From an uncultured Chroococcidiopsis sp. (lineage in GTDB: Bacteria; Cyanobacteriota; Cyanobacteriia; Cyanobacteriales; Chroococcidiopsidaceae), in NCBI GenBank assembly GCA_964248365.1, contig CAXTYC010000016.1, positions 49,063-113,062 of the forward strand: a stretch of DNA of 64,000 nt. Direction: 5' to 3'. The translations under genes and the position numbers were made by a program. Below, piece by piece: positions 1 to 10,504 of the stretch. A model generated the notes under the pieces. It had not been told where the DNA came from. It worked only from the letters and a program-made list of their open reading frames with translations, and made no database searches. Within the stretch, counting starts at the first letter, position 1; the number at the start of each line of letters is the position of its first letter.

Positions 1-62
1 AGGGACTCCAGGGGGGGAAATACTACTGACTACTGACTTCTATCTCCTGACTCCTGACTACT

Positions 63-1034
63 TTAATCTGAAATTGTGATGTTTTCTAATCCCTGTTCTG
101 CTGGTGGATATTGGGGATTCATGGCTTCTAGGGTGTCTGCGATCGCTCGTGCAATCACTAAATTTTTATACCACTTCTTATTTGCAGGTACAACATACCA
201 AGGAGCGATCGCTGTGGAACAATTATTAATTGCATCTTCATAAGCTTGTTGGTAATCATCCCATAGCTTGCGCTCGTTGACATCGTTAATCGAGAACTTC
301 CAAAGCTTATTTGGATCTTGCAAGCGACTTTCTAGCCGAGATTTTTGTTCGTCTTTGGAAATGTGCAGAAAAAACTTGATTACTGTGATGTTATTGAGGG
401 TGAGCATCTGCTCAAATTCATTTATGGTGTGATAGCGTCTGCGCCATACTTCCTCTGGAACCATTTGCTTGACGCGGACAATTAGCACGTCTTCGTAGTG
501 CGATCGGTTAAAGATCGTAATCATTCCCCGTTGGGGTGTACGCTGATGGTAACGCCACAAAAAATCGTGATTGGCTTCCTCATCGCTGGGTTTTTTGAAT
601 GACCAAACTTGACAGCCTTGGGGGTTAATACCTTGAAAGACGTGTTTGATTGTGCCATCTTTGCCGCCAGTATCCATTGCTTGCAGCACAATCAGCAAAC
701 TACGCTTATGCTCAGCATACAGGCGTTCTTGTAATTTATTTAGGCGATCGCGCTGATACTCTAGTTCCTCTTCTACATCTTTCTTTTTTTTGTATTCTTC
801 AGAGGTATTTGGATCAATTTCGGCTAATTTGATTGGTTCTCCTGGTACAACTCGATAGCGGGGATAATCTGGTTTCCCCCGTGGCGCATCTACTACCGTT
901 GTCTCCGGTGACATGACATCTGCAATTTCTTGGGTCTTCTGATCTACGGCTTGCTGGGTTGTGCCGGATTCCGCAGAGGCGATATCCTCCGTTGCAAGAT
1001 TTTTTTTATTTGGCGATCGCTTGGAGTGACTCAT
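63..1034 (-). CDS. ppk2: Polyphosphate kinase 2 family protein (PPK2, class III-like)
   Basis: LQAMDTGGKDGTIK Walker A, FNRSHYEDVL, PWYVVPANKKW motifs. Confidence 0.93.
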   Translation of the reverse strand: MSHSKRSPNKKNLATEDIASAESGTTQQAVDQKTQEIADVMSPETTVVDAPRGKPDYPRYRVVPGEPIKLAEIDPNTSEEYKKKKDVEEELEYQRDRLNKLQERLYAEHKRSLLIVLQAMDTGGKDGTIKHVFQGINPQGCQVWSFKKPSDEEANHDFLWRYHQRTPQRGMITIFNRSHYEDVLIVRVKQMVPEEVWRRRYHTINEFEQMLTLNNITVIKFFLHISKDEQKSRLESRLQDPNKLWKFSINDVNERKLWDDYQQAYEDAINNCSTAIAPWYVVPANKKWYKNLVIARAIADTLEAMNPQYPPAEQGLENITISD

Positions 1035-1540
1035 AGGAACAATGTTGTCACCGAAACTATTGTTGTAGATACTAATTCATAAGACGAGCAAGTGTTTCCC
1101 TCAAAAGGTAGACACAAGAATATTACAAAATCTTTACTAATCGATTGTAATTTCTTGTAGTAACTATAAGTCCGCCTGTTAGTTTTTTCAGTCACCCTGA
1201 TTACATTTATTACTATTTTGTTGAATTTCTGGAAATGCCTCTCAAGAAGTTGAATAACTCAGTAGTGGATGATTGAGCAAATCGCTCCACATATATACCA
1301 CTTTTTATTAGAGTATCAGGCTAGCCAATAGACGTATTGGATAAGGAGCCCCGCCCTCCTTTTTGCGTCCGAACGATCGCGGCTTTGCGCGGACACTTTG
1401 CCTCCTGTCGGGAAACCCGCCCACCTGGGTGTCCAAGTCTATTGCGAGAAACAAAAAAAAGACGAGTGCAAGAGTTCTAATAAATTAAGCAATGGTAGTC
1501 AATTCATTCTGTTTGTGAAGATAAATCAAAGGATATTTAT

Positions 1541-2068
1541 ATGCTTATTCATGACAATCTTTATCATTTTTGGTTCCGCTCCGTTGGCATTTGGGATTCC
1601 CTACTTGTCAAGGTTGCAGCAAGCTGGTTGTCTGAGCAAGAACTATTATCACTGAGCCAAATACACCATCTTTGTCAACCAGAATTTGGAGTAAAGGTAA
1701 GTTGGGAATATAAGAAAAAATCCGAAGAGGGAAATATGTCTTGGTGTGTTGATGCCAATCACCCCAACTTGATTTTTGCTAACAAAACCCTAAAGCATAA
1801 TACCCCGCCTAGTATATTAAATTATCAACTGCCAGATGCTAGCAAACTAGTTATAACAGTTGATGAATTAGAAGAAACGTTTATGCTAGCAAGCAACACG
1901 CGAAGATTGAGAGAACTGAGGTATCAGGGCAAACTACTTAGAAGACTTTGGGAACAAAAGGTTAATGATGAAATTACTCAAAGCAGGTTAGTAACTCCAA
2001 GTGATTGTATTACAAAAAATGGTGAATTGATGAAATTTCCAGAACTGGGTACACGTCCTTTGTCTTAA
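1541..2068 (+). CDS. Divergent CpcS/CpeS-type phycobiliprotein lyase-like protein (CpcV-like)
   Basis: N-terminal FW.RSVG.W.S and C-terminal EETFMLASNTRRLR resemble the FF..S.G.W.S and EER.WF...N.R.R patterns of S/U-type lyases. Confidence 0.55.
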   Translation: MLIHDNLYHFWFRSVGIWDSLLVKVAASWLSEQELLSLSQIHHLCQPEFGVKVSWEYKKKSEEGNMSWCVDANHPNLIFANKTLKHNTPPSILNYQLPDASKLVITVDELEETFMLASNTRRLRELRYQGKLLRRLWEQKVNDEITQSRLVTPSDCITKNGELMKFPELGTRPLS

Positions 2069-2838
2069 TATCCGCTTAGCATTCCCCGCCGCTTTGCCTC
2101 GCGTTCAGCTAGACGGAAAAGTAGTAATCCCACAGTGAAGTATACTGCGCCATTTATGAAGGCTACAGCCAATTTTGCCAAATTTAAACTTTCCCCCCGT
2201 GCCATCAAATCGCGTAGTAATCCTGCACCAGGACACATGGGCAGTAATTGTCCTAAAATTTGAGCATATCCTGTCCAAGTCTCGGTTGGAGTTGTTAGTA
2301 AAAACAAGGGGATAAACTGAAAGATGATTTGTAGTTGTTGAACGCGCTTTAATAATAAGGCTAAAGATCCAAGGGTAAAAGCAATACCGTAAGCTCCCAT
2401 TAATACAGTGGCAAAAGGTAAAAGTAATGTCGGGGGAAAATTGAGACGACTTTGGGTAAGTGCCATAATAATAAATAAAATGGCAGTGATTTGAAAGATC
2501 TGCAAAAATAGTTCAGCCACTGTCCGCATTAAGAATACTTTAATAGCACCAAAGCGCGACAGGAAAAGTTGTTCTAAAGTACCTGTTTGAGCTTCAGATT
2601 GTAAACCTCCGGCAATGCTAGCCATGATGAATATAACCAAAGACCAAAGTACATAACCAATTACAATCGAGTCAAGGCGATCCCCAAGTTGTAAACTAGG
2701 ACCTGCAATGTAACGGGCGCTTAAAAAAAGTCCATAAAAAAGGATAGTACAAATTAAAATTCCACCCAAAGCCTCAAATTGATAACTGCGATATATAATC
2801 CAACTGCGGCGTAATTCAGCTAGAAATAATTCCCACAT
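2065..2838 (-). CDS. ABC-2 type exporter permease
   Basis: Six hydrophobic segments, E...GTLEQL motif, overlaps the ABC ATPase gene. Confidence 0.88.
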   Translation of the reverse strand: MWELFLAELRRSWIIYRSYQFEALGGILICTILFYGLFLSARYIAGPSLQLGDRLDSIVIGYVLWSLVIFIMASIAGGLQSEAQTGTLEQLFLSRFGAIKVFLMRTVAELFLQIFQITAILFIIMALTQSRLNFPPTLLLPFATVLMGAYGIAFTLGSLALLLKRVQQLQIIFQFIPLFLLTTPTETWTGYAQILGQLLPMCPGAGLLRDLMARGESLNLAKLAVAFINGAVYFTVGLLLFRLAEREAKRRGMLSGY

Positions 2839-3760
2839 CTCGATTTTTTCCTGCTCTAACTATTTTCAAAAAGATTTGCGTCAAGTCTGCTTGTTCTTTC
2901 TCGACAAAATGCAGTGGTAGAGGGTTGAGAATTTCTAGCACTTTGTAGAGCAATTCTTGCTTTCTAACATAGATAGTTTGCCGATTGACAACGTCTGCCC
3001 CAATTGTTTCTAATTGTGTAATGCGTCCATCATCAAGGGTGGCTTCCATCTCAATTTTGTAAGTTTTACCGGAAAATTGTCGAATTAGTTCAGGCGTTGG
3101 TGAAGAAGTTAAGATTTCACCTTTTTGGATAATGGCAATTCTGTCTGAAAGTTCTTCAGCAATAGCAAGTTGGTGAGTAGTCAACAAAATAGCGCAACCA
3201 GAAGCAGCAATTTCTCGCACCAAAATTTTGACATCTTCAGTTGCTTCTACGTCTAGCCCTAAAGTAGGTTCATCTAACAATAGCAGTTGGGGTTGATGTA
3301 TTAAAGAGACTGCGATCGCTAACTTCTGCTGCATTCCCCGTGAAAGATTTTGCACTGAGGTACGGCGTTTATGCAGCAAACCAAATCTCTCTAAAAGTAC
3401 CATTGCTGACTTGCTGGCTTGTCTACGGTTTAGCCCCTTGAGTACCCCGAAGTATTTCAAATTCTCTTCTGGAGTCAGTCGCCAGTAGACGTTGCGATTT
3501 CCTTCTAGCACTGCACCCAGGTTTTGCAGTGCAGCTGGGTTGCGGTGGGGATCACTCCCAACAATTCTCACCCAACCTGCATCCGGCTTAATCAGTCCTG
3601 CCATCATTTTAATGCAAGTTGTCTTGCCAGCCCCATTGGGACCGAGGAAAGCCAGCACCTCTCCAGAACGAATGGTTAAGGAAACGTTTTTGACGGCTTC
3701 AACAAAAGAGTTGTTATGGCGGTAAGTTTTTTTGAGGTTGTAGGCTTCCAGTGCATTCAT
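2816..3760 (-). CDS. ABC transporter ATP-binding protein (DrrA/CcmA-like)
   Basis: GPNGAGKTT, LSRGMQQ, LLLDEPT, TTH motifs. Confidence 0.95.
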   Translation of the reverse strand: MNALEAYNLKKTYRHNNSFVEAVKNVSLTIRSGEVLAFLGPNGAGKTTCIKMMAGLIKPDAGWVRIVGSDPHRNPAALQNLGAVLEGNRNVYWRLTPEENLKYFGVLKGLNRRQASKSAMVLLERFGLLHKRRTSVQNLSRGMQQKLAIAVSLIHQPQLLLLDEPTLGLDVEATEDVKILVREIAASGCAILLTTHQLAIAEELSDRIAIIQKGEILTSSPTPELIRQFSGKTYKIEMEATLDDGRITQLETIGADVVNRQTIYVRKQELLYKVLEILNPLPLHFVEKEQADLTQIFLKIVRAGKNRDVGIISS

Positions 3761-3903
3761 AAAGTCAGGCTGGGCATAGTTATCAGATATGCTTTATCCA
3801 GCTATATCCTACTTTGCCCAGTGTTGCGAACACTAGTTCCCAGGCATCGCTGTGGGAACTAAATATATATCTAGTAAATCCCCCCCCCGATAGAGACAAT
3901 GGC

Positions 3904-3935
3904 TAGACTCTCCCCTCAGCTGGAAGATTTAGCAT
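3904..3935 (+). promoter_or_regulatory. MerR/CueR-type promoter of the copper ATPase
   Basis: -35 TAGACT (3904-3909) and -10 TAGCAT (3930-3935) with a 20-bp spacer holding the imperfect dyad ACTCTCC..GGAAGAT. Confidence 0.5.
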
Positions 3936-3964
3936 ACAAACATAGCGACACAGAGATAGCAACA

Positions 3965-6301
3965 ATGGAAACAGTGCAGTTGCAATTGCGGGGGATGAGT
4001 TGTGCAGGTTGCGCCCGTTCAATTGAAAAAGCCATTCGCGCTGTTGTTGGGGTAATTGACTGTAATGTGAATTTTGGGGCGGAACAGGCGAGTGTTACCT
4101 ACAACCCCAGAGAAACAAATATAGAGAAAATTCAGCGAGCAGTGGTAGAGGCGGGATATGCAGCTTCTCCACTGAAGGAAATGGGTTCAAAAGAAGATGA
4201 TGCCGAAGTTGCTGCTAGACTTGCCCAAAAGCGAGACTTAACGCGCAAGGTGGTAGTAGGGGCGTTGATTAGTGTTCTATTGCTGATAGGATCGCTGCCA
4301 ATGATGACAGGGTTAAATCTGCCATTGATTCCCACTTGGCTACATAATCCTTGGGTACAGCTAGTATTGACAGCACCTGTCCAGTTCTGGTGTGGTAAAT
4401 CTTTTTATCGGGGTGCGTGGAGGGCTTTCAAACGTCGGGCGGCGGATATGAATACCCTGATTGCTTTGGGTACTAGTGCGGCGTATTTCTATTCCGTCTT
4501 TGCCACCATTAGCCCTGGGTTCTTTCAAAGTCAGGGACTGATGCCGGAAGTGTACTATGAAACCGCTGCTATTGTAATTACTTTAATTCTACTAGGGCGA
4601 TCGCTGGAAAATCGGGCTAGGGGTCAAACTTCTGAAGCCATTCGTAAACTGATCGGTTTACAAGCACGAGATGCCAGAATAATTCGTAATGGCAAGGAAA
4701 TAGAAGTTCCCATCCAAGCAGTCAGGGCTGGGGATATAATTTTGGTGCGCCCAGGTGAAAAAATTCCCACTGATGGGGAAGTAATTGATGGTGCTTCTAC
4801 CGTCGATGAGTCGATGGTGACGGGTGAGAGTTTACCAGTTAAAAAGCAGCCAGGGAATGAAGTAATTGGGGCGACGATTAATAAAACTGGTAGTTTTAAA
4901 TTTCGGGCTACACGAGTCGGGAAAGATACGGTTTTGGCGCAGATTGTCCAACTAGTGCAGCAGGCGCAAGGATCGAAAGCACCAATTCAGCGTTTGGCGG
5001 ATCGAGTGACTGGGTATTTTGTTCCCCTAGTGATTGCGATCGCGATCGCAACTTTTGTAATTTGGTTTGACATCATGGGCAATTTGTCTCTTGCCTTAAT
5101 TACTACTGTTGAGGTATTAATTATTGCTTGTCCCTGTGCTTTGGGTTTAGCTACACCGACATCGGTTATGGTGGGAACGGGCAAAGGTGCAGAAAATGGC
5201 ATCTTAATTAAAGGTGCTGAAAGTTTAGAACTGGCACATAAAATTCAGACTATTGTATTAGATAAAACTGGGACATTGACTGAAGGTAAACCCACTGTCA
5301 CTGATTTTGTAACGGTACATGGAACAGCAAATCGCAATGAACTAAAACTGTTGCGGCTGGTGGCATCGGTGGAACATAATTCAGAACATCCCCTTGCTGA
5401 TGCGATTGTCAAATATGCTTCTTCTCAGGAAGTGGATTTAATAAATGTACAAAACTTTGAGGCGATCGCTGGTAGTGGTGTTCAAGGTATAGTAAGCGAT
5501 CGCCTGATACAAATTGGTACTCAAAGATGGATGGAAGAATTAGGCATCGATACCCAACAGCTGCAAAGCTACAAATCTGCTTGGGAAGCTGCTGGTAAAA
5601 CCGTTGTCTGGATCGCAGTTGATAGAGAAATTCAGGGAATTATGGGTATTGCTGACACCCTCAAACCCTCCTCAGCCGCCGCCGTCAAAGCTTTACAACG
5701 TAATGGTTTGGAAGTAGTGATGTTAACTGGAGATAATCGCCCAACGGCAGAAGCGATCGCCCAAATCGTCGGAATTACCCGCGTCTATGCCGAAGTTCGC
5801 CCCGATCAAAAAGCGGCAATTGTCAAGTCTCTCCAAGGGGAAAAGCCCCGTGGCAGAGGAACCCCGTGGCAGAGGAGAAAATTTAATCCAAAATCTCCTA
5901 GCCTCCAGCCCCAAGCCCCTAGCCCCTCCATTGTCGCAATGGTAGGTGATGGTATTAATGATGCCCCTGCTTTGGCACAGGCTGATGTAGGGATTGCTAT
6001 TGGCACAGGAACAGATGTAGCGATCGCTGCTAGTGACATTACTTTAATCTCTGGTGATCTGCGAGGTATTGTTACAGCAATTGAATTGAGTCGTGCCACT
6101 ATACGTAATATCCGGCAAAATTTGTTTTTTGCCTTTATCTACAATGTCGCTGGTATACCAATAGCCGCCGGAATTCTTTTCCCCTTCTTTGGCTGGCTAC
6201 TCAATCCAATTATCGCTGGTGCAGCAATGGCATTCAGTTCAGTCTCTGTAGTGACTAATGCCCTACGCTTACGCAATTTTCAGCCCAAAATTAGCTTCTA
6301 A
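3965..6301 (+). CDS. Copper-translocating P1B-type ATPase (PacS/CopA-like); likely start ATG 3965
   Basis: GMSCAGC HMA domain, [43 protein letters not shown]. Confidence 0.95.
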   Translation: METVQLQLRGMSCAGCARSIEKAIRAVVGVIDCNVNFGAEQASVTYNPRETNIEKIQRAVVEAGYAASPLKEMGSKEDDAEVAARLAQKRDLTRKVVVGALISVLLLIGSLPMMTGLNLPLIPTWLHNPWVQLVLTAPVQFWCGKSFYRGAWRAFKRRAADMNTLIALGTSAAYFYSVFATISPGFFQSQGLMPEVYYETAAIVITLILLGRSLENRARGQTSEAIRKLIGLQARDARIIRNGKEIEVPIQAVRAGDIILVRPGEKIPTDGEVIDGASTVDESMVTGESLPVKKQPGNEVIGATINKTGSFKFRATRVGKDTVLAQIVQLVQQAQGSKAPIQRLADRVTGYFVPLVIAIAIATFVIWFDIMGNLSLALITTVEVLIIACPCALGLATPTSVMVGTGKGAENGILIKGAESLELAHKIQTIVLDKTGTLTEGKPTVTDFVTVHGTANRNELKLLRLVASVEHNSEHPLADAIVKYASSQEVDLINVQNFEAIAGSGVQGIVSDRLIQIGTQRWMEELGIDTQQLQSYKSAWEAAGKTVVWIAVDREIQGIMGIADTLKPSSAAAVKALQRNGLEVVMLTGDNRPTAEAIAQIVGITRVYAEVRPDQKAAIVKSLQGEKPRGRGTPWQRRKFNPKSPSLQPQAPSPSIVAMVGDGINDAPALAQADVGIAIGTGTDVAIAASDITLISGDLRGIVTAIELSRATIRNIRQNLFFAFIYNVAGIPIAAGILFPFFGWLLNPIIAGAAMAFSSVSVVTNALRLRNFQPKISF

Positions 6302-6321
6302 GCAAGGAGGAATCGCTGCAA

Positions 6322-6585
6322 ATGTTAAAAATAAGCAAGATTTGGGGTAGCGTTATTAGTCTAGGATTACTGTTAGGATTTGCTTCAGGTGTAAAGGCAG
6401 CAGAAAGGCAAGATCAGCATTTAGGAAATCAATTTCGCCGCATTGAACAACCTTTAGGCTTGAAAGTAGCTGTCACATTAGGTGGAGTGGGGTTAATTGC
6501 AGCCCAATTATGGTGGTTTCTTTTGAGTCAAAACCCACAATTGCAAGCAAGAAATAACCAGAACTTAGGCAAAGATATCCCATAG
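6322..6585 (+). CDS. Small membrane protein; N-terminal part of the cupredoxin-domain protein that usually follows cyanobacterial Cu-ATPases (truncated)
   Basis: AGGAGG RBS, signal-like N-terminus, FRRIEQPLGLKVAVTLGG..L.WWFL segment; no cupredoxin domain follows. Confidence 0.6.
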   Translation: MLKISKIWGSVISLGLLLGFASGVKAAERQDQHLGNQFRRIEQPLGLKVAVTLGGVGLIAAQLWWFLLSQNPQLQARNNQNLGKDIP

Positions 6586-6714
6586 CCTCCCTTTTTATTG
6601 TTTTAGTCCGTTTTAACCCACTTAAGCTATTGGTTCTGCGGAAATTAATTTCCAGGCGGGTTATAAATCAAATGAAACGCCCCCCTTTTTAACTCCTGTT
6701 GGCGGTATCTTCAA

Positions 6715-7173
6715 CTAAACCCCTGTGTAATGCATGATTGTCACAGGAAGGCGAATCAAAATATTGGCTAAAGCAGATAAGCCAAACTTGATTTTAAGCG
6801 ATCGCGGTAACTCCCGCCATGAAACTGGCACAAAGCCAAAACGAGTATAAAAACTCGCAAGGCGGCTACCCAGACATTCTAGATACAGTGGCTGCGTAGC
6901 CTGTTGCACTAAATGTCTAACTAGATACGTACCCAATCCTTTACCGCGCATTGCTGGTGCTACCACTAGGCTACCAAGTTCTTGCGCCCCAGAAAAGGAA
7001 CGCAACTGCCCACAAGCAACCAAACGCCCATTACATTCAATTACCCAAAATTGCTGCCAGCTAACCTGTGTCGGATCGAGTGCCGCCCCTAACACTAACG
7101 AACGTATTGCCCATATATCTTTAGCTGTAGCTGGGCGAAGAATACAGCCTAGTGGTAACTCAGACAAGGACAT
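6715..7173 (-). CDS. GNAT family N-acetyltransferase
   Basis: LVVAPAMRGKGLG acetyl-CoA motif, FYTRFGF. Confidence 0.9.
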   Translation of the reverse strand: MSLSELPLGCILRPATAKDIWAIRSLVLGAALDPTQVSWQQFWVIECNGRLVACGQLRSFSGAQELGSLVVAPAMRGKGLGTYLVRHLVQQATQPLYLECLGSRLASFYTRFGFVPVSWRELPRSLKIKFGLSALANILIRLPVTIMHYTGV

Positions 7174-7284
7174 TACTAAACTTCAGAAATTTAAGTACCT
7201 TCTTTATTCTCCTCTCCCCCAGCTTCCCCTACTCCCACAGCGAACCCTGCAATCATCATGAAGAATATTGAACTCACCACGAGA

Positions 7285-7863
7285 TCAGGGCGATCGCATT
7301 GGTAATGGCTTCCAGTTAGAGTATTGAGCTAAATGGTTCCAGTATGCCAAATATCCTGTAAAAGCGAAGATTAAAGCCGCAACTACCAATACAAACGCCC
7401 CTACTATTCGCAAGCTTCGGTTTGTCTTGAAATAAAGTGTAGGTGCAGCACAGATCCCACCTAAACCAGTCAGGATGAAACCAATTCCAGACAGTAATGG
7501 TTGTTTTGTCAAGCCTAAATTAATAATACGTAAACCAACCACAACAGCAGCCACACCAGCAAAAAAGCCGTAAATTGCCACAGTGATTAAATCATAGTCA
7601 AGAGCGATGGCAAAACACGCCCCCAAAAACAAGATTCCGAACAATACAGACATTTCACCGTAAGCAATATTGAAGCTACCTGGAACTGTCCAAGTGAAAA
7701 TCATGTGTAACCCTGTGACAAGAGCGATCGCCCCCGTCATTCCAAAGCCTGGAATCCAACGTTTTTGATTTGTGTCACTCAAACCCCAATACACATAGGC
7801 AGCTAGGAGAAATAGCCCAGCTACCAAATTGATCAGCATTAAAGTGATGTAGTTGATAAACAT
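7285..7863 (-). CDS. DUF981-like integral membrane protein
   Basis: MFINYITLML start, TW..PGSFNIAYGE motif, six TM segments. Confidence 0.7.
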   Translation of the reverse strand: MFINYITLMLINLVAGLFLLAAYVYWGLSDTNQKRWIPGFGMTGAIALVTGLHMIFTWTVPGSFNIAYGEMSVLFGILFLGACFAIALDYDLITVAIYGFFAGVAAVVVGLRIINLGLTKQPLLSGIGFILTGLGGICAAPTLYFKTNRSLRIVGAFVLVVAALIFAFTGYLAYWNHLAQYSNWKPLPMRSP

Positions 7864-8007
7864 TATTCTATCTAGTAGTTATTACCAAGCCACCTTAACT
7901 AAGAAATAAATATATATTCCCACTTAATTATTACTACTTTATGCAGAACTAAAGCAATAAAAAATAGACTATATTCTTGCTGATTAAATCTTACCAATAG
8001 ATGAATT

Positions 8008-8718
8008 ATGGCTCAAACTTGGTTATGGATTGGCGTTATAGGTATGGCGCTAGGATCTGTATTTTTCGGGATAGGCGCACACAATGCTAAAAATGAGCGT
8101 TGGAGAATACTGTTTACACTTAATTTCTTTATTTGCGCGATCGCTTGTGGACTATATCTATCAATGGCATTAGGTCAGGGTAAAAGTGAAATTGCGGGTC
8201 GTCCCACTGTTTGGGTTAGATACATAACTTGGTTTTTGTCAACCCCACTATTAATCTTAGACCTTACCTTTCTGGGCAAAACCAGCCTGCCAATTACAGC
8301 TAGCATACTGGGAGCAAACGCATATATGATTGTCACAGGCTTTGTTGCCACTATATCAGCTGACAGAGCGATCGGGCATATTTGGTACGTTGTTAGCTGC
8401 TTTGCTTTCCTAGCTACTCTCTACTTATTGGTCAACCAATACCGCAAAGAAGCCGAACGCAAGCACCCAAGATCTAAAAAAGTATTTCGCAAACTGCTAA
8501 CAGTTCATATAGTATTTTGGACTCTTTATCCAATAGTTTGGCTACTGGGTAACACCTGGCTTAACATCATTAACCAAGGTACTGAAACAATGTTTTACAC
8601 ACTCCTAGATCTTGCCTCTAAAGTCGGATTTGGTTTCCTATCACTCAACTCCATGCATAATCTAGAACAAGCAAACGAAGCACCACCCATGCATGGATAC
8701 GAATCTTCAGCCATTTAA
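8008..8718 (+). CDS. Microbial rhodopsin, cyanobacterial halorhodopsin (TSD motif, Cl- pump)
   Basis: Seven TM helices, R71-Y-I-T74-W-F-L-S78-T-P-L-L-I-L-D85, LYPIVW, Schiff-base DLASKVGFG. Confidence 0.92.
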   Translation: MAQTWLWIGVIGMALGSVFFGIGAHNAKNERWRILFTLNFFICAIACGLYLSMALGQGKSEIAGRPTVWVRYITWFLSTPLLILDLTFLGKTSLPITASILGANAYMIVTGFVATISADRAIGHIWYVVSCFAFLATLYLLVNQYRKEAERKHPRSKKVFRKLLTVHIVFWTLYPIVWLLGNTWLNIINQGTETMFYTLLDLASKVGFGFLSLNSMHNLEQANEAPPMHGYESSAI

Positions 8719-8794
8719 TCTGACAGCATTGCACACCAACAGATGATCTCCTTTGTTTCACTTAGCGCCTTTGCGTCTTTGCGTGAGGTAAAAA

Positions 8795-9682
8795 TCAACT
8801 TTCCTCACCCCAAGTCCGTAGTTGAAGATATACCAGTAAAAACGCCACAGCTAACAACACTGTGGCGGCTGCTGCTGCATAACCAAAATCAAATTGACCA
8901 AAAGCTTCCTGGTAAATGTAATAGACCAAAATATTAGTAGAATTTAATGGACCACCGCCAGTAATAACATAAATTTGCTCGAAACTTCGCAAGGTAAAAA
9001 TAGCAGTGGTAATTGTAGCAAATATCAACGTAGGTCTTAATCCTGGTAGGGTAATATGCCAAAATTGCTGCCAAGCATTCGCGCCATCTAATTCGGCTGC
9101 TTCATAACGACCTAGTGGAATTGCTTGCAATCCAGCCAAAAACACCACCAAATTGAAACCTAATTGTTTCCAAATACTTAATAAAATTAATACTGGCATT
9201 GCCCAAGTACTGCTACCCAACCAGGGTATTGGTGCAATTCCAAAGGTATTTAATAGCGCGTTTACTGGACCTTCGGTTTGAAATAGCCAGCGAAAACCTA
9301 ACCCTGCTGCTACCAGTGAGGTAATGGAGGGGAGAAAATAGGCACTGCGTAGCAATCCTCGCAAAACTAAGGAACGATTTAACAAGACGGCTAACCCCAA
9401 GGGAATGATGAGACTGGGAATAACTGTTGCAACTGTGAAATAAACAGTATTTCCAATGACTTGCCAAAAATCAGGGTCGAGTAGCAACCGCCGATAATTG
9501 TTTAAGCCAACCAGCTGAACACCTGCTAAAGTAAAACTTCCCCTGGTCACGCTCAGATAAAACAAGTAGGCGATTGGAAATAGTAAAAATATACCAAGCA
9601 TCAGCAGCGCAGGAGCAAGAAAGATCCAAGCTGCAACAGTATCATTATCAAGTAATTGCTTGTGAGAACGCCTTGGAGTCAT
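8795..9682 (-). CDS. Carbohydrate ABC transporter permease
   Basis: EAA motif YEAAELDGA, GGGPLNST, FDFGYAAA. Confidence 0.92.
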   Translation of the reverse strand: MTPRRSHKQLLDNDTVAAWIFLAPALLMLGIFLLFPIAYLFYLSVTRGSFTLAGVQLVGLNNYRRLLLDPDFWQVIGNTVYFTVATVIPSLIIPLGLAVLLNRSLVLRGLLRSAYFLPSITSLVAAGLGFRWLFQTEGPVNALLNTFGIAPIPWLGSSTWAMPVLILLSIWKQLGFNLVVFLAGLQAIPLGRYEAAELDGANAWQQFWHITLPGLRPTLIFATITTAIFTLRSFEQIYVITGGGPLNSTNILVYYIYQEAFGQFDFGYAAAAATVLLAVAFLLVYLQLRTWGEES

Positions 9683-9838
9683 GAAGAGCCTAAATTGTTT
9701 TTGTTATTCTACGTCTGTACTGGTAGTTGGTAGTTGGTAACAGCGCCAGCTAACCGCTAACCACTAACCGCGCGCCTGGTAACTGGTAACTGGTAACTGA
9801 TAACACCTAACAGCTAACTGGTAACTGATAACTGATAG

Positions 9839-10504
9839 ATGACTAATCCAGCCACCCCTGACACTACTGCTTGCCTAATTTCTCCTTCTGTTTATCCTAG
9901 TGTGCAACCAGGTGAACCTATAAAATTGGGTATTCTTGCCTCTGGTAGCGGTACTAACTTTGAAGCAGTAGCAAGGGCGATCGCCTCCTGCTTGCTTAAT
10001 GCTCAAATTCAAGTTTTAATCTACAATAATCCAGAGGCTAAAGTAGCGACACGCGCAGCTAATTGGAATGTACCAGCAGTTTTATTAAATCACCGCCACT
10101 TTCAAAGCCGCGAAGATTTAGATCGGCAAATTGTCCAAACCTTGCAACAATATCAAGTAGAATGGGTAATCATGGCAGGTTGGATGCGGATAGTTACACC
10201 AATTTTAATTGATGCCTTTCCTGATCAAATTATTAACATCCATCCGAGTTTATTACCTAGTTTCCGAGGAGTCCGTGCCATCGAGCAAGCACTCGCCGCT
10301 GGAGTGAAAATCACAGGCTGTACAGTTCATCTTGTCGCGCCGGAAGTAGACAGTGGTACAATTTTGCTTCAAGCAGCTGTACCTGTATTGCCCGATGATA
10401 CTCCCGAAACGCTACACGCTCGCATTCAAGTGCAGGAACATCGAATTTTACCTCTTGCGATCGCAATAGCCAATACAAACATGGTAGTGCAATCAGGTTC
10501 CTAA
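9839..10504 (+). CDS. purN: Phosphoribosylglycinamide formyltransferase
   Basis: LASGSGTNF, AGWMRI, NIHPSLLPSFRG, GCTVHLV..EVDSG. Confidence 0.96.
   Translation: MTNPATPDTTACLISPSVYPSVQPGEPIKLGILASGSGTNFEAVARAIASCLLNAQIQVLIYNNPEAKVATRAANWNVPAVLLNHRHFQSREDLDRQIVQTLQQYQVEWVIMAGWMRIVTPILIDAFPDQIINIHPSLLPSFRGVRAIEQALAAGVKITGCTVHLVAPEVDSGTILLQAAVPVLPDDTPETLHARIQVQEHRILPLAIAIANTNMVVQSGS

Noticed and set aside
1122..1140. Pho-box/HLR1-like repeat upstream of ppk2 (ATTACAAA-ATC-TTTACTAA)
   Set aside because: Poor match to either consensus in AT-rich DNA.
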